From the NCBI GenBank assembly GCA_023410475.1, contig JAEYPS010000025.1, positions 47,946-111,945 of the forward strand: DNA of 64,000 nt, given 5' to 3'. A program made the translations under genes and the position numbers. The number at the start of each line of letters is the position of its first letter. Position 1 is the stretch's first letter. The notes under the pieces were generated by a model that was not told where the DNA came from, made no database searches, and saw only the letters and a list, made by a program, of their open reading frames with translations. Shown in pieces: positions 8,876-17,681 of this stretch. This DNA is from Bacillota bacterium (GTDB taxonomy: Bacteria; Bacillota; Clostridia; Christensenellales; SZUA-584).

Positions 8876-9739
8876 ATGGACAAGGACGGCACTCGGGATA
8901 ATTGCACAGAAAAAAGAAAATGGGTGTTTGATTCGCAGGCGGAAAAGGCCCGCCGTACAAAGATCGCGATATCGCTGTTTGCGGCGGTTATGTGTATTCT
9001 GCTGCTTATTATATGCGTTTACCTCATTATACCCTCAATTATATCCGACGCTTCCGACAGGCTGGACAGAAGCTTTGCCAATAAGATATTTGAAAGCACT
9101 CTTGAAAGCCCGCGGCCCGCTAATAGCGCCCGGCCGGCGTTCGTTCAGCCCGGGGCGTCGCTCGACAGCCCGGCAAGGCCCCGCGAATGCTTTTACACAG
9201 CACTTTCCGAAAACCCTGACACTGTAGGCAGGATAATTATCGAGGACATAGGAATAGCATATCTCGTCGTTCAGGCGCAAGACAACGAACGCTATTTAAA
9301 TAAAGGCTATGCCGGCAGCGAAAGCAAAAGCGGCGCCGTCTTTCTTGATTACCGCTGCGACGCAGGCGCCCAGCCTCTCAAGCGGCACTATATACTCTAC
9401 GGGCACAACATGAAAAACGGCACGATGTTTCATAACCTTATGGAATACAAGGAAAGGGATACGTTTTACGCCAACCGATTCATACGCTTCGACACGCTTT
9501 ATGAGGACCATACCTGGGAGATATTCTCGGCGTATATAACAAGCACTGACTTTTACTATATCGAGACAGCGTTTGAGAATGACGAAGAGTGGAAGATTTT
9601 CCTCGGCAAAATCAAGGGAAAGAGCATGTATGACACTGATACCGTTCTTTCCTCCAGGGATGTCGTGCTGACGTTAAGCACATGCACATACGAGTTTGAG
9701 GGCGCGCGCTTTGTAGTACACGCGAAGCTTATTAGGTAG
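8876..9739 (+). CDS. srtB: Class B sortase
   Basis: N-terminal TM anchor, then ENPDTVGRIIIEDIGIAYLVVQ, YGHNM, TLSTC and the C-terminal RFVVHAKL. This is the SrtB pattern with the catalytic His/Cys/Arg. The likely start is the ATG at 8876 (MDKDG). Confidence 0.85.
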   Translation: MDKDGTRDNCTEKRKWVFDSQAEKARRTKIAISLFAAVMCILLLIICVYLIIPSIISDASDRLDRSFANKIFESTLESPRPANSARPAFVQPGASLDSPARPRECFYTALSENPDTVGRIIIEDIGIAYLVVQAQDNERYLNKGYAGSESKSGAVFLDYRCDAGAQPLKRHYILYGHNMKNGTMFHNLMEYKERDTFYANRFIRFDTLYEDHTWEIFSAYITSTDFYYIETAFENDEEWKIFLGKIKGKSMYDTDTVLSSRDVVLTLSTCTYEFEGARFVVHAKLIR

Positions 9740-9895
9740 GCATAGCAAACTGATGCTCAGAAGTTACATATTGTTCAAAAGTGTCCGCTGCGATAATGTA
9801 TCTCGTATGTTATAATATGATTGATTTTAATATGTATAGTACTGTATAATTATGGTTATAACTAGATGTCTAACGATAGTACACAAGAGGTGAAC

Positions 9896-11515
9896 ATGCT
9901 CAAGGCCATTCCTGCAATATTAGCTATTACTCTTGCGCTGCTGCTGACCGGATGCGCTGCGCAGACTTATTCATCCTCCACAACTACACCGGACGAGCCT
10001 TCAAATAGAGCAACTGAAACGCCGGTGGTCAGCGAGGCGCCTTCGCCCACTCCTTCGCTTACGCCCATACCTACGACTGCGCCGGATATAACCCCGACGG
10101 TTAAGCCTGAGCCGTCTCCCAGTCCGTCGCCTTCAAAGTTGCCTGCGGGGTTAGTAAAAAACAGCGGTGAGATTATTGGCTCAAGCGTCGCGTTTAGGAA
10201 AGAGCCAAACAAAGACTCGCAAGTAATAGGAAGGCTTGGTAAAGGAACGTTTGTGCAGATAGTAAAAACAAACGTAAACGCGCAGTGGCACCAGGTCAGT
10301 TACAACGGCAAGACCGGTTATGTGAGCCGGATGTATGTTTGCCTTGACTCTTCGCTGGACGGTTACAAGCTTGACTTTGTAGGAACGATAATAAACTGTA
10401 ATAAAGACGTTAACATCAGGAGAGAACCCAACACTAAATCGAAAATCGTAGGCGTCGCTAAAAAAGGCAGCAACCTAAATATAATACCCTATGACAACTA
10501 TATCGAGGGCTGGTATAAGGTCGAGCATGAGAGCAAAGCAGCCTACATTCACGCCGATTATGTTGATGTAGGCGTGAAAGTGGATGACAATCAGCTCTCC
10601 AGCCTGTCTGTAACGGGCGGTTCGCTTTTCCCCTCGTTTTCGCCTAACGAATACGGTTATGTCGTAAAGGCTGCCGGTTCAAAAGTCACCATAAAAGCAA
10701 AGGCTAACAGCGGAGTAAAAATCAGCATCAACGGCACCGGGAAAAGCAAGTATACTGTCGAGATACCGTCCGCGGGCATGAAAACCGTCCGCATAGCGCT
10801 GGACGGCAAGATCAGATACTCGCTCTATATTTCAAGGAACGTGCTCACTGTAGGCACGTGGAATATAAAACGCGGCAACAAAAAGCTGTTGATGCAGGGG
10901 CGCCTTATATACGACCAGCAACCCGATATCATGGGCATACAGGAAGCGTATCAGAACCTCAAAGCCGACGACATTATCGACAACCTTGCCAGCCTGAGAA
11001 CTAAGGACATGTCGCACACACTGCTCTCCCCCACCATAAACTATTCGAAAGGCGGTAAATACGGCAACGGCCTTATGTCCCGATACAAGCTGAAAAATGT
11101 TCAGACCTTCAAGCTCGACAGCGGCAAATATGAAAAGCGTCTGCTGCAAAAGGCGGTAGTCACTATAGCCGGAAAGACGGTCTCTGTTTATAACACCCAT
11201 TTTACATACAACACCGCGGCCGTAAGGAAAAAACAATTTGCCGAGGTCTTAAAGATAATGGACGCCGACAAAAACAAGTATAAGATATTGATGGGAGATT
11301 TCAACGCCAGCATAACCGAGTTTTCGGTGTTCAAGAACTATACTGTTATTAACACCAAGGAAACAAAGTATTATGACTATTCAAAAAGCGATATAGATTA
11401 TAACGAGATCGATAATATCGTGGTTTCAAAAAACATAAAGGTCGTCAACACGAGGATAATCAAGACCAAGTACTCAGACCACTATCCCGTTTTCGCGTAT
11501 CTTATACTGAACTGA
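9896..11515 (+). CDS. Lipoprotein with two SH3b units, a cadherin-like beta-sandwich and an endonuclease/exonuclease/phosphatase (EEP) domain
   Basis: It has the lipobox LLLTGC and a Pro/Thr/Ser linker. The SH3b-like units are VAFRKEPNKDSQVIGRLGKGTFVQIV and VNIRREPNTKSKIVGVAKKGSNLNII, followed by LSSLSVTGGSLFPSFSPNEYGY. The EEP motifs TWNIKRG, MGIQEA, GDFN and SDHYPV are present. Confidence 0.8.
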   Translation: MLKAIPAILAITLALLLTGCAAQTYSSSTTTPDEPSNRATETPVVSEAPSPTPSLTPIPTTAPDITPTVKPEPSPSPSPSKLPAGLVKNSGEIIGSSVAFRKEPNKDSQVIGRLGKGTFVQIVKTNVNAQWHQVSYNGKTGYVSRMYVCLDSSLDGYKLDFVGTIINCNKDVNIRREPNTKSKIVGVAKKGSNLNIIPYDNYIEGWYKVEHESKAAYIHADYVDVGVKVDDNQLSSLSVTGGSLFPSFSPNEYGYVVKAAGSKVTIKAKANSGVKISINGTGKSKYTVEIPSAGMKTVRIALDGKIRYSLYISRNVLTVGTWNIKRGNKKLLMQGRLIYDQQPDIMGIQEAYQNLKADDIIDNLASLRTKDMSHTLLSPTINYSKGGKYGNGLMSRYKLKNVQTFKLDSGKYEKRLLQKAVVTIAGKTVSVYNTHFTYNTAAVRKKQFAEVLKIMDADKNKYKILMGDFNASITEFSVFKNYTVINTKETKYYDYSKSDIDYNEIDNIVVSKNIKVVNTRIIKTKYSDHYPVFAYLILN

Positions 11516-11560
11516 CGCAAAGCGTTCAGCCTATAAAGAGGCATACAGCAAGACTTAAAA

Positions 11561-11590
11561 ATACCCGGCTCTGAGCAGCCGGTATTTATT
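11561..11590. terminator. Bidirectional terminator between convergent genes
   Basis: CCGGCT 11565-11570 / AGCCGG 11577-11582, extendable with one bulge. T-rich sequence lies on both sides. Confidence 0.7.
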
Positions 11591-11613
11591 TGTATATGAT
11601 TTCTTTGGCCTGC

Positions 11614-13164
11614 CTAGCGCTGCTCCACGATATCGCGCGTATATACAACCTCTCCGGCGACGAACATTCCCGTCTCTATGATGAGGTTCTCGCCTTCCAG
11701 CCTTATATCAAAAGACCACCGCCTGTCGCCGAACAGCGTGGATACCGTACCCTCGCCGCTCGCGCTGTTGAACGCGTATGTTCCTTCGTATTTGCTGCCC
11801 ATAAGCTCGAGTTCCGCTTTTCCTCCGCTTAAAAAACGTATCACGCCCATAGTGCCGTCTTTGTGATACCAGACTCCAGCTATAGCGCTGTCGTCTTGCT
11901 CCACAAAACTCCTGACATATACGGTGTTTCCAAGGACGAGCTTCCCCTCCGACAGACGAAAAGCCCTTTGCGCGCACTGCTTTGTTATGTCGGCAGTTAT
12001 AGTGCCTTGACCTGTTACGGGATTGAACGCGCAGCGGGCTCTCTCCGTTTCGCCCTGCGATTTTATTATCGCCGTACCGTCAGTCAAGAACTCAAGCGTA
12101 CCGCTCTTCCCCTCTCCGTCATACCATACACCGGATATCTGCGCATAAAGGCTGTCCTTGCCCTTTTGCGCGGCGAGCTCACGGGTGAATACCCACGCTC
12201 CTATAATAAGCTTATCGCCTTCGAGACTGATATCGAACGCTTTGCCGCTCACCACCAGCCTTCCCATATCGTGTTTGTTGCTGAACATATAACTGCCTTC
12301 ATATATCATTCCATACGACAGAAGTGTATAAGCTCCCCCATCCAGGAAATCGAATCTGCCCATATTGCCAGCGGCGTCATACCATGTGCCTTTGAGAGGG
12401 TTCCCATACTCTTCGATAAACGCTTTTATATCAAAGCCTTCGCTTTCCTTTGCGAATATTGCGGCTCCTTTTATATCGAGGCTCTCATCCGACGCATAAA
12501 ATACTGATTCTTCTCCGTTATGGCTCAGCACTCCCTCGCCTTTTGCAATATCATAGATATAACCCGCCTTGTCTTCCCCGCGTACGGAATATAACACGGC
12601 CGTTGCGTCTTCCCTTAGCTCAAGCACCTCGGCCAGCTCCTTGCTTGACCAGCTCGCAAAAAGAGCTCGCCGAACGAACGCTTCGGCGTCAAACTCTTTA
12701 TCCGCCCTTATAAAAGTTGTCTCTCCCACGCCGATATTATATACGAGCTTGTCGTTTTCCACATAAAACTCTGCCTCCCCTGCTAATTGGGCGCTGCCTT
12801 TTCCCGCAAGCTTGTCATAGTGATATTCAGCCTCTGCTATACCAGAAAGGGTGTAAAAGCGCAGCGTATTATCCTCAAAAACGAGAGCGGTGTTTGTTTC
12901 CTCGCTGTACCAGCCGCCCTTTACCGGCGTTCCGGCAAACGCTAAAAAGCATACAAACACTGCGGCAGCGATTATCAGAATACCTGCCGTTGCTTTTAAT
13001 GCTTGCTTTGGCTTATTGCCTGATATATCTGGTTCAATATTCACAGCGATTTGCGCCTGTTTTTCTTTCTCGAGCGGATATGAATCCAAAAGCAGGCCGG
13101 CTCCGCAAAGCGTACAGAACCGGGCATCCGGCGCATTCGTATGGCCGCAGTATGTGCATTTCAT
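11614..13164 (-). CDS. Zinc-ribbon membrane protein with repeated GxWY beta-rich extracytoplasmic modules
   Basis: 516 aa. The N-terminus has CTYCGHTNAPDARFCTLCG, followed by one TM segment (GILIIAAAVFVCFLAF). After that come repeated units beginning GGWY, GTWY, GVWY and GVWY, each about 90-100 aa. Confidence 0.7.
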   Translation of the reverse strand: MKCTYCGHTNAPDARFCTLCGAGLLLDSYPLEKEKQAQIAVNIEPDISGNKPKQALKATAGILIIAAAVFVCFLAFAGTPVKGGWYSEETNTALVFEDNTLRFYTLSGIAEAEYHYDKLAGKGSAQLAGEAEFYVENDKLVYNIGVGETTFIRADKEFDAEAFVRRALFASWSSKELAEVLELREDATAVLYSVRGEDKAGYIYDIAKGEGVLSHNGEESVFYASDESLDIKGAAIFAKESEGFDIKAFIEEYGNPLKGTWYDAAGNMGRFDFLDGGAYTLLSYGMIYEGSYMFSNKHDMGRLVVSGKAFDISLEGDKLIIGAWVFTRELAAQKGKDSLYAQISGVWYDGEGKSGTLEFLTDGTAIIKSQGETERARCAFNPVTGQGTITADITKQCAQRAFRLSEGKLVLGNTVYVRSFVEQDDSAIAGVWYHKDGTMGVIRFLSGGKAELELMGSKYEGTYAFNSASGEGTVSTLFGDRRWSFDIRLEGENLIIETGMFVAGEVVYTRDIVEQR

Positions 13165-13601
13165 TTCAAGTCTCCTTATCTTGCACTGTCATTATACCAT
13201 AGAAGAATCTATACATTTTCTTAAATAAGTATAACAGAATTTATATATTTTAATCAAAAGTCATATATAGACCTAACCGTTTTTGACTTTTAATATGCCT
13301 TCCATTTCTGTTACCTTCATTAAGTGATATTTCGAATCACGCGCGTTTAGCTGCTTTTAGTTCGAGGCTTGCGGCTAATATAAGATGAAAGGTGATCATT
13401 TATGGTGTATAAAGGCCTCCGATGACAGAGGCCTTTAAATCTTTATACGTGGATCCCCAAAAAGGCTTTTTGGGGTGTGCATATGATGTGCACCTTTTTT
13501 GCATGGTTAAATTAGTATATTGCAGCCTTTTCGGTTATAAGATTGAAGGCAGCTGCAATGTAATAACCGCTTTATCTTTATCTTTCTTTTGAAGCCAGTT
13601 C

Positions 13602-14144
13602 TCAGCTCCTGTAGTCTTCCTGGAACCAAAATGATATTTGAACCAATTCCGAATAGTCGTAGTGAACATCAGGCTCAATGGTAATATTAACTCCCTTCCA
13701 CGCCCAAACACCGGCTACACCATGATAAGTTTCAACGGTTTCAAAGTCGTCTCTTTGCTCTGCCGTTAAAATGTAGTAGTCCACAACATCTTCCCGTGAT
13801 GTTCCGGCAGGCGCGACCAGCGTCCACGCTGGAGTTTCACTTAACCCACGTTCTACCCAATCAATATCAACGATTGAATCGGGATATGCCATCCAAGGTT
13901 CGGGAAGAATTGATGCTGCAGCGGGATATCCGCCAAAATGCTCTGCAAATAAGTCTTTATCTTTAGTGTCATCGGAGAACGACCCGTTCTCTTTTTGCAT
14001 CTCATTACTTTCTAAATCGAGATTTCCGATGGTTTCTTCAAGCCCTTGAATCGCATCTTCAATTGCTTTTTGCTGAGGATTGCTACATCCGACAAAGGAT
14101 AAGATTAGCAACAGCGCCAGAATAAAAATAGTAACTCTTTTCAT
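13602..14144 (-). CDS. Hypothetical lipoprotein
   Basis: The internal ATG gives MKRVTIFILALLLILSFVGC, a lipobox signal peptide. It sits in an AT-rich region and I recognise no functional motif. Confidence 0.6.
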   Translation of the reverse strand: MKRVTIFILALLLILSFVGCSNPQQKAIEDAIQGLEETIGNLDLESNEMQKENGSFSDDTKDKDLFAEHFGGYPAAASILPEPWMAYPDSIVDIDWVERGLSETPAWTLVAPAGTSREDVVDYYILTAEQRDDFETVETYHGVAGVWAWKGVNITIEPDVHYDYSELVQISFWFQEDYRS

Positions 14145-14461
14145 TTTAATACTCCTTTTCTCTCTTTCAGTTCTCAGAGTCAATACAGTTGAATTACGAA
14201 AACAACTGCTACTGTATCTTTCTTTTGAAACTTACTCCCACCTCCTCGTATTATTCAATCATTTTTAGGATAACATCATCGTTATAGCAATTCAACAAGT
14301 AAAACTCGATTACTTAGGCAAAAAAGCCGGTTTGCTTTATTATTTGCTGATATTTTTTGAGTTTAACAGCATTTGTTGAAATGGTGTATATATTTTTATA
14401 TATCCTAAGAAGACATTATGGATTTATAATTATAACTTTAACAGCGATGTTACTCTGAAAG

Positions 14462-14486
14462 AAAAAAGCCCTCAAAAGGGCTTCTT
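14462..14486 (-). terminator. Terminator of the tRNA pair
   Basis: On the minus strand, AAGCCC-TTTTGA-GGGCTT is followed by TTTTTTC, immediately 3' of tRNA-Met. Confidence 0.8.
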
Positions 14487-14489
14487 GCG

Positions 14490-14566
14490 TGGTAGCGGCG
14501 ATCTGACTCGAACAGATGACACTCCGGGTATGAACCGAATGCTCTAGCCAACTGAGCTACGCCGCC
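14490..14566 (-). tRNA. tRNA-Met (CAT), elongator type
   Basis: The reverse complement GGCGGCGTAGCTCAGTTGGCTAGAGCATTCGGTTCATACCCGGAGTGTCATCTGTTCGAGTCAGATCGCCGCTACCA folds by hand into a 77-nt cloverleaf. The anticodon loop is TTCATAC and CCA is encoded. The paired 1:72 position and resemblance to Bacillus elongator tRNA-Met argue against an initiator. tRNA-Ile2 (lysidine) cannot be fully excluded. Confidence 0.85.
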
Positions 14567-14610
14567 ACGTATAAACCCGACTGAATTTCCATCCAATCGG
14601 GCTTTAATAA

Positions 14611-14687
<77 letters not shown>

Positions 14688-14802
14688 TCGAACAAGCGCA
14701 AGAGTTATTCTATATCAAAACCCTCCGTACGTCAAGGATTTTAATAAAACATTTTAAGTCAAAAATTGTCGGAGGGCAAATGACACTATTATCACACAAC
14801 AA

Positions 14803-15417
14803 TCATTCTGAAGGATAAAAAATCACGACATCCGAGCTGTAAGGTTTGTACTGCACCCATACTCTCTCAAACTCAAGCTCGAATTCCTTTGCGTACGTTG
14901 AAACGAACACCGAGCCCTTTTCGTCATCATAGCCGGTGAGCGCCATCCAGTGCCATGTAAAATCGTCAAGCTCCTCAGATGGGTTTCGCAGTATCAGCAG
15001 CGCGGGCATCAAATCTTCGTCGATCGCTTTTTTTATCTCACCGAACACCTCGAGGTGAGCGGCGTCTCTTGAGAGTACCTTTGACGCAAGCTCCGCGCTC
15101 TTTGATTTTGCAAACTGCGCCGTGCTGGAGGCGAAATAGCCCGGGTCGGTGAGACCCATTGCGCCGGGCCGGACAAACTGTCTTACTTCATCCATATGAG
15201 CAATAAAATCATTTTTTTGAGCCGGAAAACCGTATTGGTATAATGCCGGGCAGCAAGGATGTTTCGCCGCCATATACATCGTTATCAATGCCGCCGTTGT
15301 AGGGCCGCAGCCGGATAATCCGTGCAGCTTGTTTGTATACCAGTGCTGATCGGCCCCGAAATGCTCGGCGCTGTTTTCATATATTGTTATTGCTTTTATA
15401 TCAAGCGTCTTTTTCAT
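14803..15417 (-). CDS. Hypothetical cytoplasmic protein with a papain-like (peptidase C39-like) Cys/His pattern
   Basis: 204 aa with no signal peptide. GLSGCGPTTAALITMY and later FTWHWMALTGYDD resemble the Cys and His segments of C39-like peptidase folds, judged from memory only. Confidence 0.4.
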   Translation of the reverse strand: MKKTLDIKAITIYENSAEHFGADQHWYTNKLHGLSGCGPTTAALITMYMAAKHPCCPALYQYGFPAQKNDFIAHMDEVRQFVRPGAMGLTDPGYFASSTAQFAKSKSAELASKVLSRDAAHLEVFGEIKKAIDEDLMPALLILRNPSEELDDFTWHWMALTGYDDEKGSVFVSTYAKEFELEFERVWVQYKPYSSDVVIFYPSE

Positions 15418-15588
15418 GCCGTCTCCGTCAAGTTTGTCAGGTAATTATAGCATACAAAAGGACCGCAATAAACACTATAATATTTTCAAAAGCCGGGTAT
15501 TGATGTAATATGTCTTTTAGTCATTTATGAGCTCAAGCATGTACTTACATGGTATAATCAAAACGCACTTGTTTATGAGGAGGAACTT

Positions 15589-16089
15589 ATGATAAAGACC
15601 ATAGCAGGTAAACAGCCTAATTCCACCGAATGCTTTGTATGCGGCGTGAATAATGACAAAGGGCTCAAGGCCTCGTTTTTTGAGACGGACGAAAAAGAAG
15701 TGGTCTGTGTTTTTACGCCGCACGAGCTTCACCAAAGCTACCCGGGGCGTCTGCACGGCGGCATAGCCGCCTGCATACTCGACGAGACGATAGGTAGAGC
15801 GATTCAGATTGAAAACCCGGATATCTGGGGCGTAACCGTCGAGCTTACACTCTCGTACAAAAAGCCTCTGCCCTATTCTGCTAAGCTTAAAGCCGCCGGC
15901 AGGATAACGAAAGAAAACCGCCTCCTTTTTGAAGGCGAAGGCGAAATATACACTCCAGGTGGTGAAGTCGCAGTTACCGCTAAAGCCAGATATGTGAAAA
16001 TGACTATAGACAGGATATCGCAGGATTTCAGCGCGGGCAGCTGGAAAGTGCTGCTGGATATCGACGACCCGGCGCAGATTAATATATAA
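15589..16089 (+). CDS. PaaI/4HBT-family hotdog-fold thioesterase
   Basis: 166 aa containing CFVCG ... LHGGIAACILDETIGRA. GAGGAGG lies upstream. Confidence 0.8.
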   Translation: MIKTIAGKQPNSTECFVCGVNNDKGLKASFFETDEKEVVCVFTPHELHQSYPGRLHGGIAACILDETIGRAIQIENPDIWGVTVELTLSYKKPLPYSAKLKAAGRITKENRLLFEGEGEIYTPGGEVAVTAKARYVKMTIDRISQDFSAGSWKVLLDIDDPAQINI

Positions 16090-16163
16090 TCACACACTTT
16101 GTCCCCATGCATATCATGTATTATACAAGTTTTTGTAAATATTGTTTGTTTTGGGGTGTAAAA

Positions 16164-17606
16164 ATGTATAATGCAATAGTAACCGCCAATCTTATCAGCG
16201 TCAGAGAGGGCCGCGCAAAAAGCTTTACTCAGCTCGGCACATATAAAAAAGACGATAAAATTATTATACTGGACGACGCTCTCAATGAAGACTACGCTAT
16301 GGTGCTCTGGCAAGCCGGATACGCCTTTTCAAACAAGGGACAGAATATAAAGTTTGACGACCCGGAGGTTCCCGACCTGACCGGAAACGTGCCGAACGCC
16401 AAGGTTACGTCAAATTGCGTCACCGTTCTGGAAGGAAGAGGCCAGGGGGCTGCGGTTCTGGGCCAGTATACTGCAGGAACTCCCGTTACCGTTTTAGACG
16501 AGGCGCTCGACCAGGACTACGCACTGGTGGTGTGGAAGGCGGGCTACGCTTACTCAAAAAAGGGCCAGTATATCAGCATTATACGGACGCCCGGCGAGAC
16601 TAACGCCATTGTGACCGCAAACCGTATCAGCGTAAGGGCGGGCCGCGGCCTGAATTTCACCAAGCTTGGCGAGTTTAAAAAGGACGACGAGATCGTGGTG
16701 CTTGACGACACTCTGGATTACAATTACGTGCATGTCGTCTGGGACGGTTCGGACGGTTATGCTTACTGCGATTTCGGAAAACATATAAAATTTACCGAAG
16801 AGCAGCAGGAAGTCGAATGCTGTCGTGATATAGAGCCTAATGCCATCGTGACTGCCAATGTTATCAGCGTGCGGGAAGGACGGGGCGTAAACTTTAAAAA
16901 GCTGGGCGAGTTTAAAAAGGGAGACATAATAGCCGTTCTCGACGATACTCTGGACTATGAATACGCAATGGTCAAGTGGGACGGTAAAAAAGGTTATGCT
17001 TACAGCGATTACGGAATGTATATACGCTTTACAGACAAAGAGGTATGCGACTGTGTTACGGATACACTCAAATTCGCAAAAAGCTGTGTGGGCGGAAAAT
17101 ATATATTCGGCGCTCAGGGTCATAAGATAACCGAGAAATATGTAAGGGCAAGGCAAAAGGCCTATCCCCAATACTTTACGGGCGGAAGGTTCGAGTTTCT
17201 TCTCAATATCGCAAAGCGATGCGATGCCAGCGGCATATGGAAATTCCCGGACGATTACGCTTGGGACTGCAGCGGCCTTTGGTGGTGGAGCGCGAACAAA
17301 GCGCGTATATACGGCAAGCATATAGATACAACCGCAAACACATTCTATCATTCTTATTGTGTTCCGATAAAAAAATCTGAGCTTAAAGCCGGAGACGGGG
17401 TTTTTTACAGAAACAGCAAAGGCAGAATAACGCATATGGGATTTATGGGAGAGGGCGGAATCGTATATGAAGCCGCGTCAGGATATACCGGCGTTGTAAT
17501 GAACAGCAGCGTTAACGACAGGACCATTCCGAAAATAGTAGGAAGCGGCAATCTCAAAAAAAGCGCGTGGAACGCTTTCGGGCGGCCGAAGATATTCCTT
17601 GAGTAA
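16164..17606 (+). CDS. Cell-wall hydrolase: four SH3b-like repeats plus a C-terminal NlpC/P60 domain, with no signal peptide
   Basis: Four repeats of about 65 aa begin NA(I/K)VT(A/S)N and end GYAY(S/C).(K/F)G. The C-terminal segment has AWDCSGLWWW (catalytic Cys) and GRITHMGFMG (His). The start is the ATG at 16164 (MYNAIVTAN). Confidence 0.8.
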   Translation: MYNAIVTANLISVREGRAKSFTQLGTYKKDDKIIILDDALNEDYAMVLWQAGYAFSNKGQNIKFDDPEVPDLTGNVPNAKVTSNCVTVLEGRGQGAAVLGQYTAGTPVTVLDEALDQDYALVVWKAGYAYSKKGQYISIIRTPGETNAIVTANRISVRAGRGLNFTKLGEFKKDDEIVVLDDTLDYNYVHVVWDGSDGYAYCDFGKHIKFTEEQQEVECCRDIEPNAIVTANVISVREGRGVNFKKLGEFKKGDIIAVLDDTLDYEYAMVKWDGKKGYAYSDYGMYIRFTDKEVCDCVTDTLKFAKSCVGGKYIFGAQGHKITEKYVRARQKAYPQYFTGGRFEFLLNIAKRCDASGIWKFPDDYAWDCSGLWWWSANKARIYGKHIDTTANTFYHSYCVPIKKSELKAGDGVFYRNSKGRITHMGFMGEGGIVYEAASGYTGVVMNSSVNDRTIPKIVGSGNLKKSAWNAFGRPKIFLE

Positions 17607-17640
17607 GAGTCTGAGGACTGCTCTTTTGATTTGTACTAAA

Positions 17641-17675
17641 AAAGATCCCGATAGCATCGCCGGGATCTTTTCTCT
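17641..17675. terminator. Bidirectional terminator
   Basis: AAAGATCCCG 17641-17650 / CGGGATCTTT 17661-17670 forms a 10-bp stem, followed by a T-rich tail. Confidence 0.8.
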
Positions 17676-17681
17676 TTACTC

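Noticed and set aside
8844-9227. The 127-aa ORF overlapping the 5' part of the sortase gene in another frame.
   Set aside because: The sortase frame carries the TM anchor and continues into conserved SrtB motifs. The alternative frame is Arg/Cys-rich and has no support.
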